Assembly: GCA_024704765.1 (NCBI GenBank)
Contig: JAKMXF010000365.1
Span: forward strand, 496,001-560,000
Length of the DNA stretch: 64,000 nucleotides
Direction: 5' to 3'
Source of the DNA: Oopsacas minuta
Taxonomy: Eukaryota; Animalia; Porifera
Below the pieces are notes generated by a model, which made no database searches, had not been told where the DNA came from, and was given only the letters and a program-made list of their open reading frames with translations. The translations under genes were made by a program, and so were the position numbers. Of this stretch, positions 29,312 through 40,524 are shown piece after piece. Each line of letters starts with the position of its first letter. The stretch's first letter is position 1.

Positions 29312-30865
29312 TTAATCGGAAGAGGGATTAGAATCCTTCTTGAGAACAGATCTTATATTCGTTAACAAACAGCAGGAAGACACTGTAGATGCCAGTAGAC
29401 AGAAGAGGCCAGCTACTACTACTACTAGAGATATGCTGAATACCAAATCTATGGTGTTTAGTTTTGAAGAAATGTGAGTATACAATTCTTTTGATAGCGT
29501 AATAGACTCATCTGAATAGAGGATGGGTAGATACAGGAGAGAGGGTATCTCATTGAAATACACAATCTCTGTCCTCTCCAGTTTAAAGTTTATCTGTACT
29601 CTGTTATGTACTGCTATAGTAACTCCTGTTGTTGGTTCTATATCCACAAATAAGTCATGTATCTCTCTGTCAGGAAAGAGACCTGAAACATTTGATAGGA
29701 GATTAGGATCAGCGTCTAGGAAGTGAGGCTTAGACCCGTATGCTGGAACATCAGGCATAATGCTGGAATTACCAATATAGAATAAACCTTGTGGACAGAA
29801 CTGATACCATCTAGCGTTAGCAGGATTACAGCTAGCATTCTGTAGGAAATATAATGGAAGTCCATAACGGAGTGTGTCTATACCTTTATGCTCAGTGTGT
29901 GAGTTCTTGCAAGCTAATTCTATTGAGCGCATTGCGTCATCAACAAAGAATGTGATCCTGTCATTTGAATTAAGAAATGGCCGAAAGAAGAACCCTTCAG
30001 TACCATTTATCATATTAGCATATTGGTCCCCCCAGATATCCATCTGTCTATTCCCATCCCACTGTATGAACTCTCCTAAAGCCTTGGAATCACATACACC
30101 CGTATTCACAATGCTAGGCTCTTGATCTTGAGGGTTGTCATTAATAAAAATGCTGAAGTTCTTATCTTTAGGAAATATATATAATTTCTTTAGCTCTTTG
30201 ATGAAATCGTCTTCATATCCCCAAATCAGCTGTTTCACTGTTAGACTCTTGTACAGACTTGAATTAGTTTCAAGGATAATAGAGTTCAGAGCTGCAGTAA
30301 GGAAAATACTCTTCTTAGCGATATGAACAGCTCCTGCTAATGGTAAGTTCAATGTCTGGATCACATCATCTTCTGATAGGTCTACACTAGTCGCTCCTCT
30401 GTCGAATACGAATAGTTTATGTTGTGTATAAATCACGTGACAACCGTTTTCTGAAACTGCTGTTACGGTCTTGTTTCTGTACTCCCTGTACCGATAAGGC
30501 CCGACCTCAATTAATTTAGGTGCGATACCCAAAGCCAAGTCACTGGGATTAGTCCAATTGAAAATATAAAAATCTTTATAGATCCGTGCATCTGGAGCTA
30601 TCCACTGTTCGTATATAAGTGTGCCATTCTGTAGTGACATCTCGTGAGTTACCTGTGTATGTATATCTTTATACGTAACAAACCATAATACACCTCCAGA
30701 TATTGTTAGTATAAAACTAGTGATGAATAATATCAGTACAAATATTATTGTGTATATTATTAACCTATGGGAATATTTTGTTACTTTCTTTTCTTGTTTC
30801 AAATTTTCTTTGATTAGCAATGTATCCTCACTCAAATTCTCATCTTCTCGACCATTCTCTGCCAT
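29312..30865 (-). CDS. CD36/SCARB (LIMP-2-like) scavenger receptor class B; intronless
   Basis: Two terminal TM helices, YIFNWTNP, PKLIEVGPYRYRE, TVKQLIWGYED, INGTEG, SKPHFLDAD, H..FVDIEPTTG and YLPILY. Confidence 0.93.
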   Translation of the reverse strand: MAENGREDENLSEDTLLIKENLKQEKKVTKYSHRLIIYTIIFVLILFITSFILTISGGVLWFVTYKDIHTQVTHEMSLQNGTLIYEQWIAPDARIYKDFYIFNWTNPSDLALGIAPKLIEVGPYRYREYRNKTVTAVSENGCHVIYTQHKLFVFDRGATSVDLSEDDVIQTLNLPLAGAVHIAKKSIFLTAALNSIILETNSSLYKSLTVKQLIWGYEDDFIKELKKLYIFPKDKNFSIFINDNPQDQEPSIVNTGVCDSKALGEFIQWDGNRQMDIWGDQYANMINGTEGFFFRPFLNSNDRITFFVDDAMRSIELACKNSHTEHKGIDTLRYGLPLYFLQNASCNPANARWYQFCPQGLFYIGNSSIMPDVPAYGSKPHFLDADPNLLSNVSGLFPDREIHDLFVDIEPTTGVTIAVHNRVQINFKLERTEIVYFNEIPSLLYLPILYSDESITLSKELYTHISSKLNTIDLVFSISLVVVVAGLFCLLASTVSSCCLLTNIRSVLKKDSNPSSD

Positions 30866-31839
30866 GTTGATATAATAAGCGTATTATTTATGGTATAAGC
30901 TGTATTTTGTTGATATTATTCACAGACAAGTCAATACATAAATATAGTAGAAAGATTGATTTGAAGACTATTGTTCTCAATACAGAATCCTGACAAACCT
31001 TGCATTGAAGCTATAGCTAACGTCCTGGTAGTGTGCCATTCTATTGCTAAACTCGTATAAAGAATCCGTAGCTAATGAATAAAATTACTTATATACTCTT
31101 GTGAGATTCTCTCATCATAAAGAAGGAGGAAAGAGATATCTTTCAGATTCGAGGCTAAAGAAAATATTACTAAATTATACTAGGGACATATATGTACTTA
31201 TGATTTTGTAGTAGAGATTACGTTATACACGTATTCTATCTCAATTGGTGACAAAATATTATTAATATTTGTACACTTTAACACATTCGCAACTGGGTCA
31301 GTGCTATATACGGTGTGACCTATCCATGGGACACAGAGCATTTTAATTTGCTTTGATGATTTCTTTCAGTATTGTAATTAAGCTATAAGCAATGGTTAGG
31401 TTTATTGAAATAGCTATAGTAGTGTCTTAGCTTGGCAAAAAGTTGACAGAAAAAGTACACATATTTTCCCGAAATTCTAAATTTCGTACATTTGGTAGAA
31501 AACAGTTGTAAAAGATCAGAAAGTGATGATAATTGCGGGAAATATGCATATATTATGTTTGATTTTTGTGATGCCTTTTAATGAGTCTGTATTTTGCATA
31601 GCTTCTCTTTTGGCTCCCATTATGAACGTGTTGAATTACAATATCATGAATTTAATATAAGTACAAAACAAACACAGCAAATAATATACATAGAGACAGT
31701 TTAACATATGGTTGACAAGTAAGAGGAAAATTCAGGTTATACTTACAAATACGCTAGAGTAAAGTTCTACATCTTGGGAGAACATTTTAAAGTAACATGA
31801 TATATACGTAGATACCACAATCTCAAGTATTTATAGAAA

Positions 31840-34800
31840 TTAGTTGGGACCTGGAATAGTTGGGGGACTGGTAGTACCACTAGTTACAACAGGAATAGTT
31901 GGAGGTTCCGTAGCTGTAGTTGTAGTCGCTGGAGTAGTAGTAGTAGTTCTGAAAATTATATCCTCACATGTTCCGCAACACACTGAAACATAACGTGGGT
32001 CATCACAGTATCGAGGAACAGATCGTAGGATATAACAGTGATAGAAGGGAGAGTCAATACAGTCTGTAGTTAGTAAGCAGGGACCTTCGTTACAACTCTG
32101 GTAGGGATTTGGTTTAAAGGAAAGGTCACAATTGTCTGATTCCGATTCAGTTAAAGAGTCGTAGCATGTAACTTCCCTTATTTGGCCACCACCTCCACAT
32201 GTCCTAGAACAAGGCTGCCAAGCTTGGCACAGCCAGCTGCCATAGTTTTTACAGGGTCCAGAACCACAGCTAAACAAACAGTTTACGGTTAAGATATTTA
32301 TATTAATAAAATTCGTTGTTTGTGATTGTAAGTTGAAATTGATGAGAATTTGCATTATCTATCAATTATTTTAATGAAGTAAACTACAATCACCTCCAGT
32401 TAATTACTATGCGGAGTCCGATATAACTGATGACTTTATGTTACTTTGACATAAGTGGGTGTTTCGTTATATCTGACTTGGTTCTATCAAGGTGTACAAA
32501 TGTATGTATTTATGGTTCTAGTGAATGTTCTACACATAGCGCTACGCAGAACAAGAATTATTACATTAATTACAAATATTAAACTATTTAGGAGATAACT
32601 AACATGTCCGTATCATCTGGTCTCTCGTGTCCCAATCTAAGACAAACTTCATCTGGATAGACTCTCCCATATTGGCCCAGCTGCTGGAGATTAATCTCAC
32701 GACACCGGACAGTACGTGTCCGTCTACCTAAATGGCAGGTTAGAGTACAAGCGCTCCATGGAGAAGTCTCAAAACCAAAGTTTTCCGGAACAGGGCAAGG
32801 ATTGAGATCGCCTGTACGTCTAACCCTGTTAATAACATTACAAGGCTCAATCGCTACAGGAATTGTCAGACCAGCATCTTCACATACACTAATCCCTACA
32901 TTTGTCTGTAAACCGTTAGCACCAATTTGTCGACATCTATAAAAATAAATAATCAATGTGTATATAAGTGTTTTTCTTTTTCACACAACAATTTATCAAA
33001 AGCAACTCGATTTAATGATCTATACCTCACTGTCCTTGTCCTAGTACCTTCTTCACAGCTTGAGCTACAAGAAGACCACGCCCCCAAGAGGAACTGAGGA
33101 GGACAAGCTATCGCATTACATCTCTCTAAGGGTATTGTTGGACGTGGTAATTGTAGAGAAATACACCTGTCCACAGAGACAGGGACTGCAACCTGATCAG
33201 GTGTAATTTCAACACATACAATCGTATACGCATATACACCTCCTCCACAGGGCCGAGTACATTCGCCACGCTCTAATCTGTACTCCAGAGGTAGGCCAGC
33301 TTGAATACACACCTGTGAATAGATGCATAAATAAATTAGATTACACTCAACTGAGTGTCTGTCTGTCTCAGCAGGGTTGTATCAACTCATTTTCTTGAAT
33401 GAGTTGAATGAGTTGGCAGACAAAATAGATTTTTGCAAACTCGAAATGAGTTGATACAGCCTCGAAACTCAACTCCCGTTATGTCGAAGCTTAAGGAACA
33501 CTAATAATTACTTCGACAGTTTGAAAATATGTTTACAAGTGGGTATTTGGTTATATCCGTGTTCATTATAACGGAGTTGACTGTAATTAGAAATAATATT
33601 AAATTGGTTATATTACCGTTGATTGATCATTTCCAACTAAATTAGTAGATGTACAAGTGAAACAGTTAGGCTGATTGGGAAATATCAGGCCTGTAGCATC
33701 CAGATAAGGTTGATTGATTGGTCCTTGATTAGGTGTAAACGTGTCATCATCTCGTAGCCAGGAGTAAGTGGGATCGGGGTTACCAGTAGCAGGACAAGTA
33801 ATACACACAGGCTGGTCTCCAATAAGCTAGATAATTGAATAAATAACGTTAATATAATTTATATATACATACACATTTACTAGTCTATTAACTTACTATC
33901 TCGTCAGTGCTCTCCTTTACATTATATGTCACGTATCCAGCTTGATTTTGACAAGACCCAGGAGGAGGATCAATTGGTTGAGTTGGATCTATAACAGGTC
34001 TCCTAAACACTCTAACCTCAGTATCTGGTGTATTTACAGTGTTAACACAGTTAGTAGCACTTGCGAAATAATCTCCCTCGTCAGCTAGAGTAGGTCTGAT
34101 GATAGTTAAAACTTGGTCTAGACCTTGACGTGAAAAAGAGTGACGTGAGTCTGCTACAATCTGTCTTACAACGCCGCTAGTATCTCGATGGAACCTGAAT
34201 AAGTAAGGTTTATCAATTTTTTAATTCCTTAACTTAGTACAATATACCCTGGCTAATCCGAATCCTCGTAATTTTTAAGCCGGTAATAATTGTATCTAAT
34301 TCTACTGCAGAACATAATACGATATTGCACTGTTGGCAGACTTTCATCATTTGTACAAATTCATTAATCTAAACGAATTATTTGCAATAGAAGGACTACA
34401 GTTCAAATTATCGAGTGTGTACTGTACAAACATGATATCCCGAGAAATCGTAATTTCTCCCCACACAAATAAATGATATTCTCAGCTGACTCACCAGGTT
34501 ATTGCAGCTAATGGTATTCCATCTTCTCCGAGGGTGTGAGTTATGGTTATCTGTCCCATATTTTCTATACCACAAGCACGCTGATTCATTAGTACTGAAA
34601 CTACTGCACTAGCGCTAGTACATACAGGATCTCGTGGAGGTAAAGGACCTGAAGGTAGTTCTGGCGGAGTTCCTGTTAGATGAAGGGTGAAAAGTATAAA
34701 ATACGATTCTCATAATACGGTAGACCCTCGTTAATCTGAACAAGGCATAAACGTCGTCCAACCTTTGGAAAAATGTTCAAAAAAGACCTTGCTGTATCCA

Positions 34801-36167
34801 ATTCTATAGTGGACAAATTCATAATGCTATATTACACATGTCGGTAGCCTTTTTATCGTTTATACAACTTTCAAAAATAGTACAGTATATCGTATTGTAT
34901 TGTTTCAATGCATTTCACTAATCCGAACGAATTATTTATTGCAATTTTGGAACAGTACTGTTGTTCGGATTAAGGAGGGTATGCACAATAAATATATTCA
35001 AATACAGTGATAGAGCAAATATTAAACGTATTGATTGCGCTAATATAATTTACTATAAACTAACCAAAAGAAGTTAAGGTAATGGATCCAGAAGCTTCAC
35101 CGTGAGGATTAGTAGCAACACAGTCTACAATAACTGAACTTCCTGATGGGAAGGGTCCTAAAGTGTATTTGAGTGTAGTTTGTGCTTCCTATGAATTGTA
35201 TGATTAATTCAATATAATGCAATTACTAAATACAGCACTCACATTAGGATTTGGCTGTGATTCAGCTGTTTCAGAATTTGCAGAATTTGTGCATACAACA
35301 GTTGGTGCGGGATCTCCTTCAAATGTTGCATACACAACAAAGATTCCATCACAACTTTGAGTCAAAGTTGACATAGTGAGATCTACATTTCCTCCATTAG
35401 GTGGTACAGGATCTGTAATTCCTGGTGGAGTTGGGATGAGTACTGGAGGAGTTCCGAGAAACACCTCAGAGGAAGCTGTAGAACTTGCACTACCACTGTA
35501 TACCTACACAACAGTGAAAATGTTAACATAAATTAATGTATATCAAATTCATTTGTGGTATTATAATTTGTTACTTTATGAAGTGCAATTAATAGTGGTG
35601 CAAGCTGACTTTGCTATAATTCTATATTTGGCAATAATTTTGTGATAATAAAAATATTTATTCTTAGAACGTGATTAACGATATAAACTTATAACTCACC
35701 TCAAAGGTATAATCTCCAACATGTCGTGGGTCAATATTTTGGATGTAGATAGTTGAGAAGGACTCACCATTTTGGTTAATATCAGTGTCAATATACAACG
35801 GCCTGTCTCCAAAAAAGTTCATGCTACGTCTAGTTGTGAATGGCCTAGCTTCTGGGGGAGGAGTATCACCTGCTTGTCTGTTTAGAGCAAATTCAATCTC
35901 ATCTCCTTTATAGAACCATCTTACCAATACTTCTTGGTCAGGAATACCATTAGTTACAAACCTGGCAGTGATATCAACTCTACCGCCTAGTTTTGTAAAA
36001 TAATTTCTTCCTATATTCCCTGCAATTGTGTCTGGTATGGGAGGATCGGGACGTGTTCCAGGTGCTTCCTCGTTGATAATATTAAACGACACCCCGCCGC
36101 CGCCTCCGTTGACGACACTGAGAGTAAACAGAGAAAAAACTACCAAAACTCCGATCTTCATATTCAT
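31840..36167 (-). CDS. Secreted ADAMTSL/papilin-like protein: signal peptide - 4 Ig-like - 4 TSP1 - PLAC - Thr/Pro tail; 9 exons
   Basis: Signal peptide MNMKIGVLVVFSLFTLSVVNG. Ig features: RWFY...GDY, DCVATNPHG, ITW...DEGDY, CPATGNPDPTYSW...CTSTN. TSP1: CTRPCGGG, WSSCSSSCEEGTRTR, WSACTLTCHLGRRTR, WQPCSRTCGGGGQIR. PLAC: CIDSPFYHC...YC..PRYVSVCCGTC. Confidence 0.85.
33373..33462. mobile_element. ~90-bp MITE-like inverted repeat in an ADAMTSL-like intron
   Basis: AGGGTTGTATCAACTCATTT at the left pairs with AAATGAGTTGATACAGCCT at the right (one mismatch). Confidence 0.6.
33467..33583 (-). mobile_element. Tc1/pogo-type MITE family A, copy 1
   Basis: The reverse complement begins TA|CAGTCAACTCCGTTATAATGAACACGGATATAACCAAATACCC, near-identical to the start of 53881. 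The other end matches ...AAGTAATTATT...CCTT.AGCTTCGA of 53881-54048. Confidence 0.75.
34718..34985. mobile_element. Degenerate pogo/Tigger-like MITE in an ADAMTSL-like intron
   Basis: TA|CGGTAGACCCTCGTTAATCTGAAC at the left and GTTCGGATTAAGGAGGGTATGCA at the right form imperfect TIRs. Confidence 0.5.
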
Positions 36168-37604
36168 GCTTGTTTGAAGTTGCACTTTATTTGCAAATTT
36201 ATTGAACCGATCTATAAGCAAAGCTCAACAGAACAATCCAACGCAATACACTGTAGATAACATAGCATCCTAAGAAAATGAATATTATATTACAGTATAG
36301 AGCCTACACTGTATGTTTTAACGATAGAAGAGTATTAACTCTACGGTCTATACAGCAGTCAGCTAATAGTTTAATATCTATGTACTATGTTAGTAGAGTA
36401 TTGTAGATTAGTATATTGCTAGATAGTATAGCTACCATATTAAAGTAATTTGCAAATTGCATCGTTTTAATATTGCATTTAGAAAAAATTATCAGAGTTC
36501 TCTCTCAAAGAAGTAGGTCTACTTCAACAATACGGGAAATATAGTCAACAATTTTCAATTATTAGCTAGTGTAAGTAAGTTTCCGAAATGTTTTCGGAAA
36601 AAAACTGAAAAATATGTAAGCCAATGCCAGTAGATGTCAGTTAGAAGAAGAAAATGATAACTGGTATAAATTAAGTAAGTGTACGGATATGAGAACCGTT
36701 TTCAGAAGATCGCATATCCGGTATGTTCTTATTCCTGATAAATATATTTAGGAGAAATGGGATAATTAAATTTCAAGTTTTGTAGTGTAGTTCACTTGTG
36801 TGTCATAAATGACTTACATTAGCCAACTCACCTGTGTTGAGCACTATGTTAGGCTATTCCATTCTGATCCTGTATGTACCTGTATGTAGCAGTACCAAAA
36901 AGAAAGGGAAAACTTCTATTGTGATTTAATTGTTGTTGGAAGTTGTAGCTTTTCCACACACAGTTTTACTATGAGCTCACTGTATACCGGTTAGGGTTAA
37001 TTTTTCGGCATTTCCATTATTTGTCCCAACTCTAATGTTGGCAGTAGTTTGATTACGTTAAAGCAATCGAGAATCCATTACTAATACGTAACTTAAATAC
37101 TGCGATCAAAATAGGATTCGAGCAATAGTATAAACATATACGTAGGACATCTAATATTACAATGCACAATTTCTTATGAAGAGATTATCTTACCCACTTT
37201 TATAGACATTTTCGCGAGTATATGATCAGCTATTAATCCACATTAAAGAGAAATAATTAATCAAAAACACAACAAATTTTTCTCAAAATGAACTATAGAT
37301 CTCAAAATCACATCATACTTATATCCAAATACATTACCAGAACAAACGTTATTACTCCCAATAAAATTCGCAATACGATTTCTCTCTCTCTACACCTGAG
37401 CGATAGTAGTAGTAGAAATCTAACAGCAATTATATATTGCAATAATACTTACAAGAACAATTAATTATACCAGAATACAAACGTTATTTAAGATTCCTCG
37501 TTTCTACCAACACTTGGTAGAGATAAAAATACTGATTTCTATAACAATAGATATATTTAGGTGTTCATATGAACATACCAGATGGTTAGAGCGAGTTGAT
37601 TATC

Positions 37605-40291
37605 TCACTTATCGAGAAGTGACAACTTTAGCACCCTCTCCATCTCCTCGTCCTCAGGGGAGAGGTGAGATATAGGCTGAGAGGGAGGAGGTGCTGATGT
37701 CTGTTTAGACATTTGTATAGCTAGCTCAATCTGTTGTTCATCTGTCAAACCTGTCATATGATATTCATTGTGAAACGGTGGTAAACTGGGGGTAGCAGAG
37801 GATAGAGAGGGAGCTGTAGTTGTGGAGGAGCGAGGAGAGTAAGGTCCTAATGAAATAGATTTAATAAATTTACAAGATAGAAATTAATTATATTATAAAT
37901 CATAAATACCTTGATGAGGAAGAGATTTCATTTGAGTAGATAGACTCTCTTGTAATGCTTCCTGTAACTGATCATTATCAAGATCAACATAGTCATCCAT
38001 ATATCCATCATATGATTGATGAAATTCTTTACCACCTAAGTTGAAAATCTATACAGTGAAACCTCCGTTAGTGAACACTGTTCTTCGATCCCATATTTAC
38101 CCCGATCATTTCTAGTTAGTGAACACCTAGATATAGTCGTTACCAGGGTGTTCACTATAGATGCTTGACTGTATTTTTAAATATATATTTGTGGCATTCC
38201 GTCTGCGAAAATTTCATTGACAGGAAGGAAGGCCATTTGACGGATATAAACGTTTTAACTAAATACTAATTACCAGTATTGTTAGATTCAGCCATACTCT
38301 GTCTAATAGCCATCTGTAGCATAGCATCATCCTCATCTTGATATCCTCCCCCCAGTGTACTGCTTAACATCTCTTGTCTACTCCCTCGGTAACCATGTGG
38401 TATTTTGAAACAGAGAGGGTCAATCACACATAGTTGCATACTACACAAATAATAGCTATAATATTGTAGCATATAATTCTGCTATATTTGAAAATATTCA
38501 ACGTAATTACATTGTAACATTCGTATCCGTACTTACTCTTGTGGATTATTAGATGCTCCTGCCTCCGAATCAGTGAGAGGAACATCATTCCCCTCCATCG
38601 GATGCCTCTCTCCTCTCCTCTGTCTGAGCTCATTAGTTCCCTCATCCTCCCTACTCCCACCTTCCATATACATACACTGATTACCCGCAGGTACAACCTC
38701 TATTGTGACGTATGGAACTGGAATTGAGCTGTCACAACCGTTATAATTCTGAAAAGTTACACGTGCTACCATCACGTGGTAGAGAGGCAATTCTAACTTA
38801 ATAGGGAATCCTGATGGTATCTTCATGGCAAGAAATTCCTTCAGTTTAGAGAAATGAGGAAGATTTAGACTAATTAATTCGATTACAGGTAACACATGCT
38901 CCTCTACCCTGAGAGGGAAGGAATCAGCTAGCCAGACTGTGCCTTTAAATTTCTGAATTTTCTCATTTATTTCTGGGACATTACCAACCAATATTTCTTT
39001 AGGTTTTCCGTCTTTATCAAGTTCAGGAAAGAAGTACTCATAAAGAGTTGGTTTAATACAACTAGGGATAGGAGGATATTCTCCATCAGACTGTGTTTGA
39101 TCAGAGGGATTATCTGCATGATTAGCTTCATGATCAATTGCAGAGAGATCTGCTTGTTGTCCCATGAATCCGAGGAGATTCTGTAGAGGATTGAAAGATT
39201 GTTTTAGTTGCTTTTTAACTCTATCAGGTAGATGCTCTGTTCTCTGACGCGTGATCAGCTGTACTCCTGATACGCTGTACACACGTGCATCTAATCCATT
39301 AACAATATCTGTCTTATCACTTCGGAATATTATGCCTAAACAAATAAGCTGATATAACTCTTATAAGTACAGTAGAGTTATGATAATTAATATTGATAGT
39401 ACCTTGTCTGTTCCGTATGAAGTCAATGTCATCAGTCTTAAGCATAGTAGAAGATAGAGGTATATTGAGTCTACGAGTTACCTCTGCATAACTAACTGGG
39501 TATGGTTCATTATCGTGCATAACTCCGTTGTGAGGATTAGGTAAATTTATCTCATCTGCAAAAGCAGTCTGAGACTCATGGTCAATTTGTATAGATTGTA
39601 CTCGTGTATCATCTAGGTTAAATACCAGAGAAATATGTCCTCTCTCCCAGCTCATGTTATCAAAACCTAGAGAGAGTACAATTAAATACATTCCAATAGT
39701 CCATATAGGTTGTTAAGTATACTACAAACCAGTTAGTGTTGAGTCTACTCTAATACTCTTTCCAGCCTTCCAAACTTTGTACGTGTCACTAGGACACACC
39801 CTCGATACGAAAGGTACCCAGCTGGTGAACTCCCACTTCATCTCCACGTAGAAATCAGCTGATTTACTGAGCGTCTGTAACAAGTGTGGTATCAGCTGTT
39901 TCTGTTCCTCAGATACCTGATGATCTCTGTATGATAATACCTCTGATACCTGAAGATAAATCAGAATTATATAAAATGAAAATTATTTATTCGTTCTAAT
40001 ACTCACTAGGTCTGCATTTGCTCTAGCAGTAGCTTCATGTAGAGCTGACCATCCATTCTTATTAGTAACATTAGCCCTGGCACCATGTTTCAATAGGAGT
40101 TTCACATAGGCAACTTCTCCTAGCATGACTGCTAACATTAAAGGAGTGTTACCTCTAGGATCCTGAGTCTCAATACCTTCTGGGTATAAATGGGGACTCT
40201 TGAGGAGTCTCTCCAGGCCAACTTTATCACCTACCCACACGTAGTAGTGCAGTGGCCATCGTGTTTTAACTTCCATATCACGAGAAGCCAT
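37605..40291 (-). CDS. ANKRD13: Ankyrin repeat domain 13 family (ANK - GPCR-chaperone domain - 4 UIMs); about 7 exons
   Basis: WPLHYYVW, QDPRGNTPLMLAV, GWSALHEA, DFYVEMKWEFTSWVPFVSRVCPSD, WERG and PSGFPIKLELPL. UIMs: DAMLQMAIRQSM, QLQEALQESL, QIELAIQMSK, EMERVLKLSL. Confidence 0.92.
38054..38171. mobile_element. pogo/Tigger-like MITE in an ANKRD13 intron
   Basis: TA|CAGTGAAACCTCCGTTAGTGAACAC ... GTGTTCACTATAGATGCTTGACTG|TA, with imperfect TIRs and a TA duplication. Confidence 0.7.
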
Positions 40292-40524
40292 ATTTATAGC
40301 TACTTAATACGTTGTATATGATGAAAGAATTGTTATATATAGCACTCTTCTACGTAACTTAATATCTGCATGGACCATACTACAATATTTGTTACATTAG
40401 AATTGGGCTAATTGACATAATTGCATGTATTTTGTTCACAAAATTTCTATAACATCAGGTTAAGAATTATAATTAATATAACTAAGGATAGATGCAGCAT
40501 ATAAATAATATTGTAAATAGACTG

